Notes under the pieces: model-generated
What the model saw: only the letters and a program-made list of their open reading frames with translations
Database searches by the model: none
Told to the model about the DNA's origin: nothing
Assembly: GCA_937625935.1 (NCBI GenBank)
Contig: OW569383.1
Span: 186,001-250,000, forward strand
Direction: 5' to 3'
DNA length: 64,000 nt
Source: Tetramitus jugosus
Lineage: Eukaryota; Protista; Heterolobosea
Program-made: the position numbers and the translations under genes
Shown here: positions 1-9,638 of the stretch, piece after piece
Layout of the letters: each line of letters opens with the position of its first letter
Position numbering within the stretch: the stretch's first letter is position 1

Positions 1-2046
1 CTGCCTCTGTTCCCTGGTGCCTCGCAGTACAATCAAGTGGCACGTATTGTGGAGATGCTCGGTATGCCACCTGCGTACTTGTTGGACACTGGTCGCACCT
101 CACGAAAATACTTTAAACGAAAGCCGTACATGATGAATCCGAGTGATCATCCCTATGAGATGAAGACTGAGCAAGAGTACTGCCTGGAGAACAATGATAC
201 ACCAAAAGAGTGGAAACGCTACTTTAACTATACAAAGTTGGACGATCTGATCAAGTATTACTCGTACAAGAATATTCCACAGGAAGAAGTGAAGAATGAG
301 GAGTTGAATCGTGTTGCTCTGATTGATTTGTTGCACGGGTTGTTGCACTGGGATCCCAATCTTCGGTGGACGGCCAATCAAGCAAAGAATCATCCGTTTG
401 TGACTGGTGAACCATTCACTGGACCATTTGTTCCAGAGATTGATGCTGAGAGAACAATGATACCGATCAAGACACAGCACGCTGTTCCCTATGCAACAGC
501 ACCAGTTGCTACATCATGGGGCAACTCGTATCACAATCAACCAATGCCACAGCAACAACAACAGCAATCATTGGGCAAGAGGGTCATGTCTGGTGGTCTC
601 AGTCAGCAATTTGTCACACCTAACTCCTGGGGTCCTCAGACTGGTTTCCTCGGCAGCAACGTCTCATTGGGCAATTTGGGACCAAGTCCCAATCCAATGT
701 TTGGTTCCTACTCTCAAGCTCAACCAGTTGTTCAACAACAACAACAACAAGGAGCACAACAGGAGAAACAAGGTATTCCGATTGGACGTGGCAATCAACA
801 ACAACAATCCTGGAATCAACAGTCCTATGGCAACAACTCTTATGGCTATGGCTCGTCACCCATGTACACCTCTCCCATGTCATCCTCCGGATCCTACATG
901 GGATCATCGCTCAACATGCCTATGGTTCAGGGAACACCCACCAACAACTACAACAATAGTTATTCGAGTAACAGTGGTGGCCATTGGCAGGGAAGTCTTC
1001 CAAATTCATTCAACGGTGGCAATCACATGGCATTCTCCCCTCAACAACAACCACAACAGCAGCAACAACAAAAGTGGTCACAAAAGAAGTCATCCTATCG
1101 TGGAACCTTGTCAGAGCAATTCAATTCGATGCAACTCGACAATTCACCCAATGTTCGACAACGAAGCAGCAGCAGCGCTACTGCATCCTCCTACAACAAC
1201 AGTCCACGACAACAACAACAACAACAGCAGCAGCAACAGCAACAGCTTCAACAGTATGAGAACCACAAGGGCAGAGCGAGAAGAGAATCCTATGCTGGTC
1301 AACCACGATCGCACAAGTCTCAGAAACGACGACCATCCATTCAAGAACAAGAACCTGCCATGCTCAGTGCATCACTGCTCAATGATCCAGACTACTCTTC
1401 CAATGCAGCCAACGAACCTTCATCACCTCCATTCGATTCTGAAATGTCATCATCATCTGACAATTGGAATCCATTCTTCCCAGGAGAGGACTTGGAGTTG
1501 GACGATGCACCACCACCAGCATCATCTACTCATCACAACAACAACAATAGCAGTAATAATTGGTCCAATTCATCATATGGTAACTCTCAAAAGAATAACA
1601 ATTACAACAACAACAACAACAATAATACCAATAATAGTTATCAGAGTCATCAGGGACGCAATCGAAGCAGTTCATTTAACAACAAGAAGGGACAACACAA
1701 CAATGAAAAGGCATATCGGAACAACAATGGAGCTAGTGGTAGCAGTGTTGGATCATTCAAGCAATATCATGGCAATGGCTCATTTGTGAGCTCATCGTCC
1801 TACGATGGCAATTCCTATGATCCCTCCATGATGTATGGATCGTCTCCTGCGATGAACATGACTGGATTAGGATCATCACCCAGTTCCTACTCTAACATGA
1901 ACAACCCGAATAACAATAATAATAGCATATCGGGCAGTGGAAGCTATTCGCATCAAGCAGGTGGATCATGGCGCAATCATAACTCGAATCTCAACAGTTT
2001 CAACAACAACAATCCACCAAAGAAACAACAATCACAGAAGCGGTAG
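1..2046 (+). CDS. YAK1: YAK1/YakA-type DYRK-family kinase, C-terminal part (5' end outside window), with long Q/N/S-rich tail
   Basis: Frame open from base 1: LPLFPGASQYNQVARIVEMLGMPP...LIDLLHGLLHWDPNLRWTANQAKNHPF matches Yak1 subdomains X-XI; followed by about 530 aa of low complexity with RRES/RRPS PKA-type sites. Confidence 0.85.
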   Translation: MPLFPGASQYNQVARIVEMLGMPPAYLLDTGRTSRKYFKRKPYMMNPSDHPYEMKTEQEYCLENNDTPKEWKRYFNYTKLDDLIKYYSYKNIPQEEVKNEELNRVALIDLLHGLLHWDPNLRWTANQAKNHPFVTGEPFTGPFVPEIDAERTMIPIKTQHAVPYATAPVATSWGNSYHNQPMPQQQQQQSLGKRVMSGGLSQQFVTPNSWGPQTGFLGSNVSLGNLGPSPNPMFGSYSQAQPVVQQQQQQGAQQEKQGIPIGRGNQQQQSWNQQSYGNNSYGYGSSPMYTSPMSSSGSYMGSSLNMPMVQGTPTNNYNNSYSSNSGGHWQGSLPNSFNGGNHMAFSPQQQPQQQQQQKWSQKKSSYRGTLSEQFNSMQLDNSPNVRQRSSSSATASSYNNSPRQQQQQQQQQQQQLQQYENHKGRARRESYAGQPRSHKSQKRRPSIQEQEPAMLSASLLNDPDYSSNAANEPSSPPFDSEMSSSSDNWNPFFPGEDLELDDAPPPASSTHHNNNNSSNNWSNSSYGNSQKNNNYNNNNNNNTNNSYQSHQGRNRSSSFNNKKGQHNNEKAYRNNNGASGSSVGSFKQYHGNGSFVSSSSYDGNSYDPSMMYGSSPAMNMTGLGSSPSSYSNMNNPNNNNNSISGSGSYSHQAGGSWRNHNSNLNSFNNNNPPKKQQSQKR

Positions 2047-2405
2047 AAGGGACGTGTGTTGTTTGAACATGTGGAAAACAAAATGTTTGAAGCTTTTGCT
2101 TTGACTGTGAGAATGAGATCATGACAGTTGATGTGTGGAAAGAGCTCTCGGTGTATGATCTAATGAATATTGTCAGGAACAAACTATTCAGCTTTAGGTT
2201 ATCATTACTCGAGTAGTATTCGTTCAATGGTGCATTCACGCACGTAATGTGTTGTTACTGACACAGAAATAAAACGACATCTTTCTCCATTCAAAAATAT
2301 GTTCTAATAAGTTTATATGTACAATTGTTTCGTGTCATTGGATGACGCATCGATCATTGATTGATGATGTGGTGGTTGGTGGGTGGTGACTCGTTGTTTG
2401 TCGGT

Positions 2406-2873
2406 CTATGACAAGTGAGAATACTTTGACACCTTTGCCGTTGGATTATCGCCATGGGCCTTGATCGCCTTTTTCACCGCCGTGATCCATGCAGCTCTCT
2501 CTTCTTCGCTGCTTGTCTCTGCAAAGCACACGCGATTTCGACTGTTGAAACTGAAGACGTGCTTCTTGTTCACTTCGATTTCTTCTTCCTTGTCGACAAA
2601 TGATCCACCATGATAAACCATGCCTCCCTTCTTCTTTTTGCCTTCTTCGAAATCTTCTTTCGAATCGAACCAACAAAACTTGTCTTCTCTCACTGCAAAG
2701 TACACTGGTTTCCATTTCTTTAGAATGTCTGTTCTCCTGTTCAAATAACCACTCTTGTACACGATTCTTCCCCATTTGTCTTTTCTGTCCGTGCCATCAG
2801 TATTGTTGGTAGTTGCAGAATGACTATTGTCGGTGGTTGCATGGGTGGTGGTGGTTGTTTCTTCGGCCATCAT
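2406..2873 (-). CDS. Stand-alone PH-domain protein
   Basis: KSGYLNRR...KKWKPVYFAV...ETSSEEERAAWITAVKKAI is a PH signature. Confidence 0.85.
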   Translation of the reverse strand: MMAEETTTTTHATTDNSHSATTNNTDGTDRKDKWGRIVYKSGYLNRRTDILKKWKPVYFAVREDKFCWFDSKEDFEEGKKKKGGMVYHGGSFVDKEEEIEVNKKHVFSFNSRNRVCFAETSSEEERAAWITAVKKAIKAHGDNPTAKVSKYSHLS

Positions 2874-3122
2874 GATGGTTGTTGTTAGTATATGCCTATC
2901 TATATAGAGAGAGAGATATTGAGTGGTGTTGTTGTTTTGTTGTTGTTGAATCGTTGGAGAGCAGATGTTGAAATTATTGGTATTTTGACCATTAGGGACA
3001 TCACCTGTCGTGAATTGCCCGATTCATCGACGATGACGACGAATCGAACCACCAAACGGAGATACAAGCAATCTGTCAGACAGGTTTACAAGAGGAAAAG
3101 AACTCCAAGCAACGTTTGTGCT

Positions 3123-4168
3123 TTAGGCAAGTTTGACCTTCTTGAGCGCCTGTGGAGACTGCTCAACAGCCATTCCTTGCATCTGAGCACTGCTCAGCGT
3201 TCTCTTTATTAAGTGTTGTGCCTCATTGTTTGCTGTTGCATCTAGAAGCTCAGATTGCTCCTCTCCCGTTGCAACCAACGACGTCTGCTGTTGTTGTTGT
3301 TGCAACTGCAGTTGCTTCTCTTCCATCCGTTTCCTTAGCTCTCCATACGTATCCACTTCCATGTCATAAATAAGCTTGTCCACATGCAATTGGATCTCAT
3401 TCGAGTATGGTGGCCTTGTGCTCTGCTGTATCATCTCTTCTTGAGCAATTCTCCTCTCTTGTTCCCGCTTTTGTTTTTGCTGTAGAGCTTCCTCTGCCGC
3501 CATCGCCGTTTCTTGCTCTTCAAAATTCCAATAATATTGGCCAGTGGTTGACGAGTAGCGCACATTGGGCTGTAAATCATGAAACAACTCATTCATCGAG
3601 TACAGTACGTTGTATAAACGAGCTGAAACTACACTTTGATAGAGTGGAGCTTGAAAAACAAGACCACCCAGTATGTAATAACAATTGGTTGTTGTTACGC
3701 GTCCCTTGTCCACCTTTTCCTTCCGTATCACAAACAAATCAGGTTCATTGGCATAGTGAAGCTTGTATCGCACACCATCTTTGCTTTCGAGCAGTGCAGC
3801 ATCCATTTTTTGCATCTTGATTTGTTCATTGTTGCTCGTTCGATCATAGAATGGATTTCTAATGTTACAAAAGTAGGCCAGAGCAGTGTCTTCTCTCAAC
3901 ACGCCTCCATAGTACTATATATATATGTGTGTATGTGTATGTATGTGTGTGTTGTTGGAAGAAGAATCAATCAATAACAACCATATAACAAAGAACAAAA
4001 TTTGTTCATGTTTGTTAGCTCTTGCTAAGCTCATAGAATACTAGAATACTGACGAACAAAGCACAATTGATATCAACTTACCCTGAGCCATTCATCATCT
4101 CGAAATGTGATGATTGCTAGTTTCTTGATTTGCTTGGCACGGTTGAGCTTTGCTTGATGATCGTCCAT
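3123..4168 (-). CDS. MED6: Mediator subunit Med6; exons 4168-4082 and 3914-3123 (292 aa)
   Basis: FRDDEWLR|YYGG...LAYF..NPFYDRTSNNE, LFVIRK, YYILGGLVFQAP..SVVSARL; intron 3915-4081 GTAAGT...ATAG joins in frame. Confidence 0.9.
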
Positions 4169-4298
4169 TTGTGTTGTTTGCTTTTTTTTCGAACACCACA
4201 AATGAAAAGTGTGAAGTTTGAGATCAAGCTGTGAGTGGAATTTCTGAAGAAATCGGTTCATCATATGGATTTGGTGTACTTTATTAGAATTATGAAAT

Positions 4299-7200
4299 CT
4301 AGAGTCTCAAGTCTCTGACTTCAGCAATGATTTGTTGTGCGTTCTGCAAAACAACCAACATCTTGGCAGTTGCCTTTCTCTTGGCTGCAACTGCGTCATT
4401 CTCTCTCAACAATTCCTCAAACAGATCTTCCTTGTACAAATGTCTGACCAGTTCGCTTTGCAAATCAGCCTTACTCTTGTTGACCAAGAAACACATGACA
4501 GCCTTTGGCACGCTATCACTGATGCTCTTTCTGACAATGTTGAAATATTCCTTGAGCAGAGCTCTAATGATATCACTTTCTCTCTTCTCACGATCAGTGG
4601 CAGCATTTTGATAAGAGTTGTAATCCTAAGGTCATAATAACAAACAAAAAAGAACAAGGGTTAGCACTCATCGTCAGTACTGAAAAAAACATAACAGAAG
4701 AGAGGAGGTCATGAGAAATGCGCAAGCTTCTTCTGCCTGCTCACTGTGAAGGTATGTATCACATATCGATATCTACCGTTATCTGTGGAATATTGCCCAA
4801 TGTGTTGTACTGGTGGCTGTTATCGTATTGCTCTTGATACACTGGTTGCTGTTGCACAACAACAGGTTCAGGTTCAGGCGCAGGTGTGGCATTCTTTGCG
4901 TTTGGTTGGCTGTATGTATATGAGTATGGGTCTTCGTTTTGTACACCTTTGTGTGGATTACTCTCCTCCTCATCCTCCAAGTCGTCCAATTCCTTTCTTC
5001 CACCAAAGAAGTTTGATAGGAAAGATTGCTTTGGAGGAGGACGACGAGCAGCAGGTGGAGTAGAGGTATTCACAGTGGGTTTGGTTGGAAGATTTGCTGT
5101 TGGAGTAGTCTTTGATGGTTGCTTTGGTTGTGTCTTGGAAACATTGAACCATTCATCTTCTTCCTTTGGCTAATATATACATACATCACACACCACGGAC
5201 ACAGACACATACGTACACACACACACACACGTCAGTAATTGCACATTGCAACCACAGAGGGAGGATAACCATGTAAATCAATCGATGGTGAGCATTCAAA
5301 CTGAGACCAAAATAATGTGTGAACTACTCTTATTAAATGCTCGGGGAATCAACCCTAAACTCATCGTTTGCTCATAATATGTTTCCTCCCTCTTCAAGTC
5401 GCAATGATGAATCACTAATCACGACGCGAGCACACCGATACACCATATGAAGCCAGCAGATAACGATTTTTTGCGACATAGAACACACAGACTCAAGAAG
5501 AATGCTGCCATGCGCTCATTTGCTCATGATATCTCCTCCCTCTTCACAAAATAAAAAAAGTTGTGTAACAACTGTAAAAGGAAACATACCTTGTTGATTG
5601 GTTGAAGGTGAGGTTGTGGTTGTTGCTGTTGTTGTGGAATTGGTGGTTGTCTTCCTTGTTGCATTGGTTGTTGTGGTTGTTGTTGCATTTGCTGTGCTGG
5701 TTGCTCAGCTTGGTTGATGAGCATGAATGCACTTTGTCCACCGTTGAAGAAATCTGGATGATTCGTGTTAATGTATGCCATTTCGATCTGAATCAAATTC
5801 ACAATAAAGGTCTTCAATGGTTGTTGGTATTCTCTCAACAGAGTAATCACAAATTCCTTTGTTCTGTCCTTCAAGTTAGGGAATCTAGTCAATCCCTTCT
5901 CACAGTGCTCAACAACAGTTGCCAACTCTTCAAACACTTGATCAACACATCTGATGGCTGGTTCTTCCAATTGCTTCACTTGTCTCTTGACCAACATTTC
6001 GAATGCAGCTTCAGGGATGAACAGAGATGTTCTTGGACCCTTTGCGTTACGGATGGCAGTACGAATATCAGACTCATTCAAATTCTCACAGCTGTCCATC
6101 TTTAACAAGAATGGCAAGAATTTCTTTGTGAAGATGTGATTGATTCTGGCACCACCAAACAAGTCATTTGTGGTCAAGTCCACATTTCTACCTTCGATGG
6201 ACTCGTTGTAATCAGTGGAGAACTTGGTCAACAATTGGAGCAAGAGAGCACCGTTAGACATGTTGGATTCGGAGACTGGAACACCGTATTCGCCCAATCT
6301 TTGCTGTGCTTGTTGAATCAGTGCAGAAATTTTGGTTCTAATCTCTGGCAACACCTCACGAATGTGATTCAACAGAATGGTGTTCAGTGTCTTTGCCAAG
6401 TAGCGAGTACCCATGCGCTCAGCCATTGATTTGTAAGCAGGGTGCTTTTGGAAGAAGAGCGCTTCGTCCTTTACAGCTTCTCTGATACTCTTGTTGCTGT
6501 TAATGTCGCTTTGACCACGATTGACAACACCAATGAACCCTCTCTTCAATGGAATGACCTTGCCAGACAAAACATCAACGGCGTCAGTGCCTCTGTCCAT
6601 GAGATCCAACTTTGTCAAGACACCCAATGTTCTGTCACCTCTCTTGTCAACCTCAGCGGCCAACTTGAGAGCATCACTGTTGGCCAAATCAGTGTTGGCT
6701 GCAGTCACAGCCAAAATGATACAGTTTGGTTTGCTAATGTACTGAAGAATCATGTTTCTGATTTGATTCTCAATGTCTCTCGGTTGATCACCAACAGGAA
6801 CCTTGGTAATACCAGGCAAATCGATCAAGGTCAAATTCAAAACGTGTGGAGAGTAAATCTTCAAGTGAATTGGCAATGGTGAAATACCCTTGTTCTTACC
6901 AGTCAATCGATCAGTTTCATTGTTGATTTCTTGACGAAGTTGATCAAAATCAAATATCTTCTTGTTAGGCATGTGCAAAAACTCTCCCCATTCCTCATTG
7001 TTGTTCTCACTCTTTTGTTGAGCTTGTTCATCTGAAGCAGTCGCATTTTGATTCTTTGGTGTGTGAATCAATTGGAGCACAAGAGGTCTTCTCGTCACAA
7101 TACCTGTTCCTCTTGGTAGAAAATCTCTACCCACAATGTTTTCGAGCACAGAGCTTTTACCTGTTTTTACAAAAATTGTGGTTTTTGCGCCAAAAAAAAG

Positions 7201-7422
7201 TGATCAAAAAAAATGTCAGCAAGTCGAAAAAAAAGAATATTGGTAAGTTGAGTGTTCGTAATCAATTTTTTTGTCATGGCAAACTAGAAAGAAGTGATAT
7301 TGATGCATACCTGAAGATTGACTTCCAACAACGGCAATTTGTGGCAAGTCAATGGTATCTAGCATTCCTACAGAGTGAAACACATCTTGTAGTTTATTGA
7401 TGATTGGGATGAGCCGTTCCAT
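4299..7422 (-). CDS. Dynamin-related GTPase, Drp1/Dnm1/Vps1 class; exons 7422-7311, 7160-5590, 5169-4777, 4625-4299 (800 aa)
   Basis: [13 protein letters not shown]|[29 protein letters not shown], middle domain, insert B with [12 protein letters not shown] ([23 protein letters not shown]); introns 7161-7310, 5170-5589 and 4626-4776 all join in frame. Confidence 0.93.
4697..5546 (-). repeat. Intronic direct and inverted repeat system: A1 5496-5546, A2 5333-5396, B1 5256-5300, B2 4697-4734
   Basis: A1 and A2 share TGAAGAGGGAGGA..AT..ATGAGCAAA on the transcript strand; B1 and B2 are complementary to them. Confidence 0.85.
5190..5230 (+). repeat. CA-rich microsatellite near the 3' end of dynamin intron 2 (UG repeats in the pre-mRNA)
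   Basis: acacaccacggacacagacacatacgtacacacacacacacac. Confidence 0.7.
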
Positions 7423-7723
7423 TGTTTTCTTTTTAAGTTAATTGATATAATTACAGTTGTTGTCGTTTTGTTGTTTGTTGTTTTTCTTTCAACTTTCGAA
7501 GCTTTTTTTGTTTTGGGGTTTTCTGCTCTCTAGATCCCCTTTGGTCATTCTCCCGACGGCGAAGTTGGATTCCTCAACTTCTGTTCGAGAACGAAAGTGG
7601 AATCGGGGTTTTGGGGAATCATACAACGCCCAACCGACACCACCAATACAAGAATACCACCAATTTTCCTCAACTACAGAAGAATTTGTTCACAACACTG
7701 GTTTTCACAACAAAAAGTTTCGA

Positions 7724-8743
7724 ATGTCGTTAGATTCTGGAGACAAGGAAGGAGACATTAAATTTCGTATTGCCCATGCCGAAGCTTTCTGGATCGTCAT
7801 GAAAATATTGAATGACTTTTGTGAGATTGTAAATTTTGAGTTTAGTAAAGAAGGTCTCAATATTGTAGCAACAGACAGTACGTTGTTTTCTCCAAATGGA
7901 ATTTTTTGTATTCTTCAACACGCAACAACGATTGATACACTAACAACAAAGTCAGCTTCCAACGTCGTTTTGTTCAAACTTTTTCTATCCAGTAGTCACT
8001 GTCTTGTTTTTCAAACGAAAAAGCTCCAAAAGACTGTGACCGTTGGAGTGAACTTAAAGTTGTTGTGCAGTGGGCTCCAAAGTTGCAAGAAGGATTATGA
8101 GTTGTACCTGATCATCAATCCCAGTGAAGATCGTCTGACACTCTACTCACGCAAAAGCACAAGAGAGTTGTATTACAAGATATCTCAATTCCTAGTTCTA
8201 GATCAAGAAAAGTACGACATTGAGCAAGAGATGGACTATGAGGTTGAGATTCTCATGTCCAGTCGAGCACTGAGTGATGTGATAATTGATGTGAAATGTG
8301 TCAAGGCAGATGCCATCTCCGTTGCAGTGGTCCAAGAAGACGACTCAAACCGTGAGAAACAACAAGCAAGCTTAATTTGGGAAACAAGCTCCTCACTTCA
8401 AACAGTTCGAGCTCATATTGCAATCGGAGGACAAGACAGTGCACTGAACTGGAAGACGTCTGAGAGCCAAACAAGAGCCAACAACAAGAGAAGTATTGAA
8501 AACAGTTATTCCATGCGTGCCATAGACACGTTGACAAGAACAAGCAAGATTAGTGAGACAGTGTTGATTCAAATCGGTGAGTCGAAGCCTCTGTCATTCA
8601 CCTTCAAATTGGATCAAAATGTGGGCTTTTTCCAATTCTTTGTTGCGCCCTACGTCACAGATGACGATCTAGAGGAAGAGGAGGAGGAGGATGAAGACAT
8701 GCCATCTCTCACTTCAGCTTCATCATCATCATCATCATTATAA
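7724..8743 (+). CDS. Divergent PCNA-family sliding clamp; exons 7724-7877 and 7956-8743 (313 aa), acidic tail
   Basis: After removing the 78-nt intron (GTACGT..CTAAC..TCAG): EGLNIVATDTSNVVLFKL ~ PCNA GVNLQSMDSSHVSLVQL; GVNLKLL; KPLSFTFKLDQNVGFFQFFVAP ~ [21 protein letters not shown]. Confidence 0.8.
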   Translation: MSLDSGDKEGDIKFRIAHAEAFWIVMKILNDFCEIVNFEFSKEGLNIVATDSTLFSPNGIFCILQHATTIDTLTTKSASNVVLFKLFLSSSHCLVFQTKKLQKTVTVGVNLKLLCSGLQSCKKDYELYLIINPSEDRLTLYSRKSTRELYYKISQFLVLDQEKYDIEQEMDYEVEILMSSRALSDVIIDVKCVKADAISVAVVQEDDSNREKQQASLIWETSSSLQTVRAHIAIGGQDSALNWKTSESQTRANNKRSIENSYSMRAIDTLTRTSKISETVLIQIGESKPLSFTFKLDQNVGFFQFFVAPYVTDDDLEEEEEEDEDMPSLTSASSSSSSL

Positions 8744-8784
8744 CAATATGCTACTGAAATCAATCTTGACCAAAAATGGTTGTT

Positions 8785-9381
8785 TTACTCGAGTGCAAGC
8801 GTTTCATTCGATTCAGAGCTCTCTTCTTGCGATTTTTTATCTGTCGTCGTTGTCGCTGTTGCCTCTTTCGATGCACTCTTGTTACGCTCCACTTCTCCCA
8901 CACTCTCAATCAAAAATCTTTTCTCTTCGTCGTCAAACATTTTGGCCACGTTCCACAAAAAGGTCTTTGTGCACAATCGACTCAAAATTTTTGATTTTTG
9001 ATTCATTGTTAATAATTGTGCGACGTGGGTATTCGCGGCGCTAGCATTTCCACCATAACCATGTCTATTACTACTATTATTGTTGTTCTCTCTCTGTAGA
9101 ATGGCTTGTTTTCTGTTTTCAACCTTGATTTGTCGCAATCCCTTATCAAATGCATTCTGATTCAAGTTCAATGATCTCACATAACGATCTACAAACGTCT
9201 TTTCTAGCGTGTCTTTTTTCAGTGATGAGACAGAGATTGGCTTTTGAGTATGATTGGTGTTGTTGTTTGCTGTTGTTTTGGAAGGTTTTTGGATGATTGC
9301 TTTGGTTGATTTCTTGATTGTTTTTTCGAGGTTGGCCCTTCGTTCGAGGCTGTTGCTCTTGTTGCTCGGTGTCGTCGTCAT
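8785..9381 (-). CDS. Hypothetical basic protein (about 198 aa)
   Basis: Open frame, ATG in A-rich context at 9381; no family recognised. Confidence 0.55.
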   Translation of the reverse strand: MTTTPSNKSNSLERRANLEKTIKKSTKAIIQKPSKTTANNNTNHTQKPISVSSLKKDTLEKTFVDRYVRSLNLNQNAFDKGLRQIKVENRKQAILQRENNNNSSNRHGYGGNASAANTHVAQLLTMNQKSKILSRLCTKTFLWNVAKMFDDEEKRFLIESVGEVERNKSASKEATATTTTDKKSQEESSESNETLALE

Positions 9382-9638
9382 TTTTTCGTTCTTCGTTCGA
9401 GGCTGTTGCTCTTTTGTTTTATGGCGGGTGGTGTTCGACTTTTTGTCATGTCGGACTTGGTAATTCAATTATTTTGCTGAACTTCAATCATGTGAAGCCC
9501 GATGTGTGAGTTTGATGAACAGTTCCTTCAAAACCATCAAATAAATTATGAAAGAAGTGACAATGAGACTATTGGCTGCAACAGTCTAGTTCATCAATAG
9601 GGGAGTGATTTTACAAGGTTGATATCTATTGTAGGATT

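Noticed and set aside
491-1789. 432-aa overlapping ORF in another frame of the kinase gene
   Set aside because: Shadow frame of CAA/AAC-rich low-complexity coding sequence
5398-5477. Plus-strand C/D snoRNA (terminal stem GTCGCA..TGCGAC with ATGATGA C box)
   Set aside because: No CTGA D box before the closing stem, antisense to the host gene, and G-U pairs favour the minus strand
5256-5490. H/ACA snoRNA or TPP riboswitch in dynamin intron 2
   Set aside because: No ANANNA hinge or terminal ACA on the transcript strand; TPP core motifs absent
7457-7723. N-terminal extension of the PCNA-like ORF
   Set aside because: Starts at TTG in the T-rich divergent promoter; homology begins after ATG 7724
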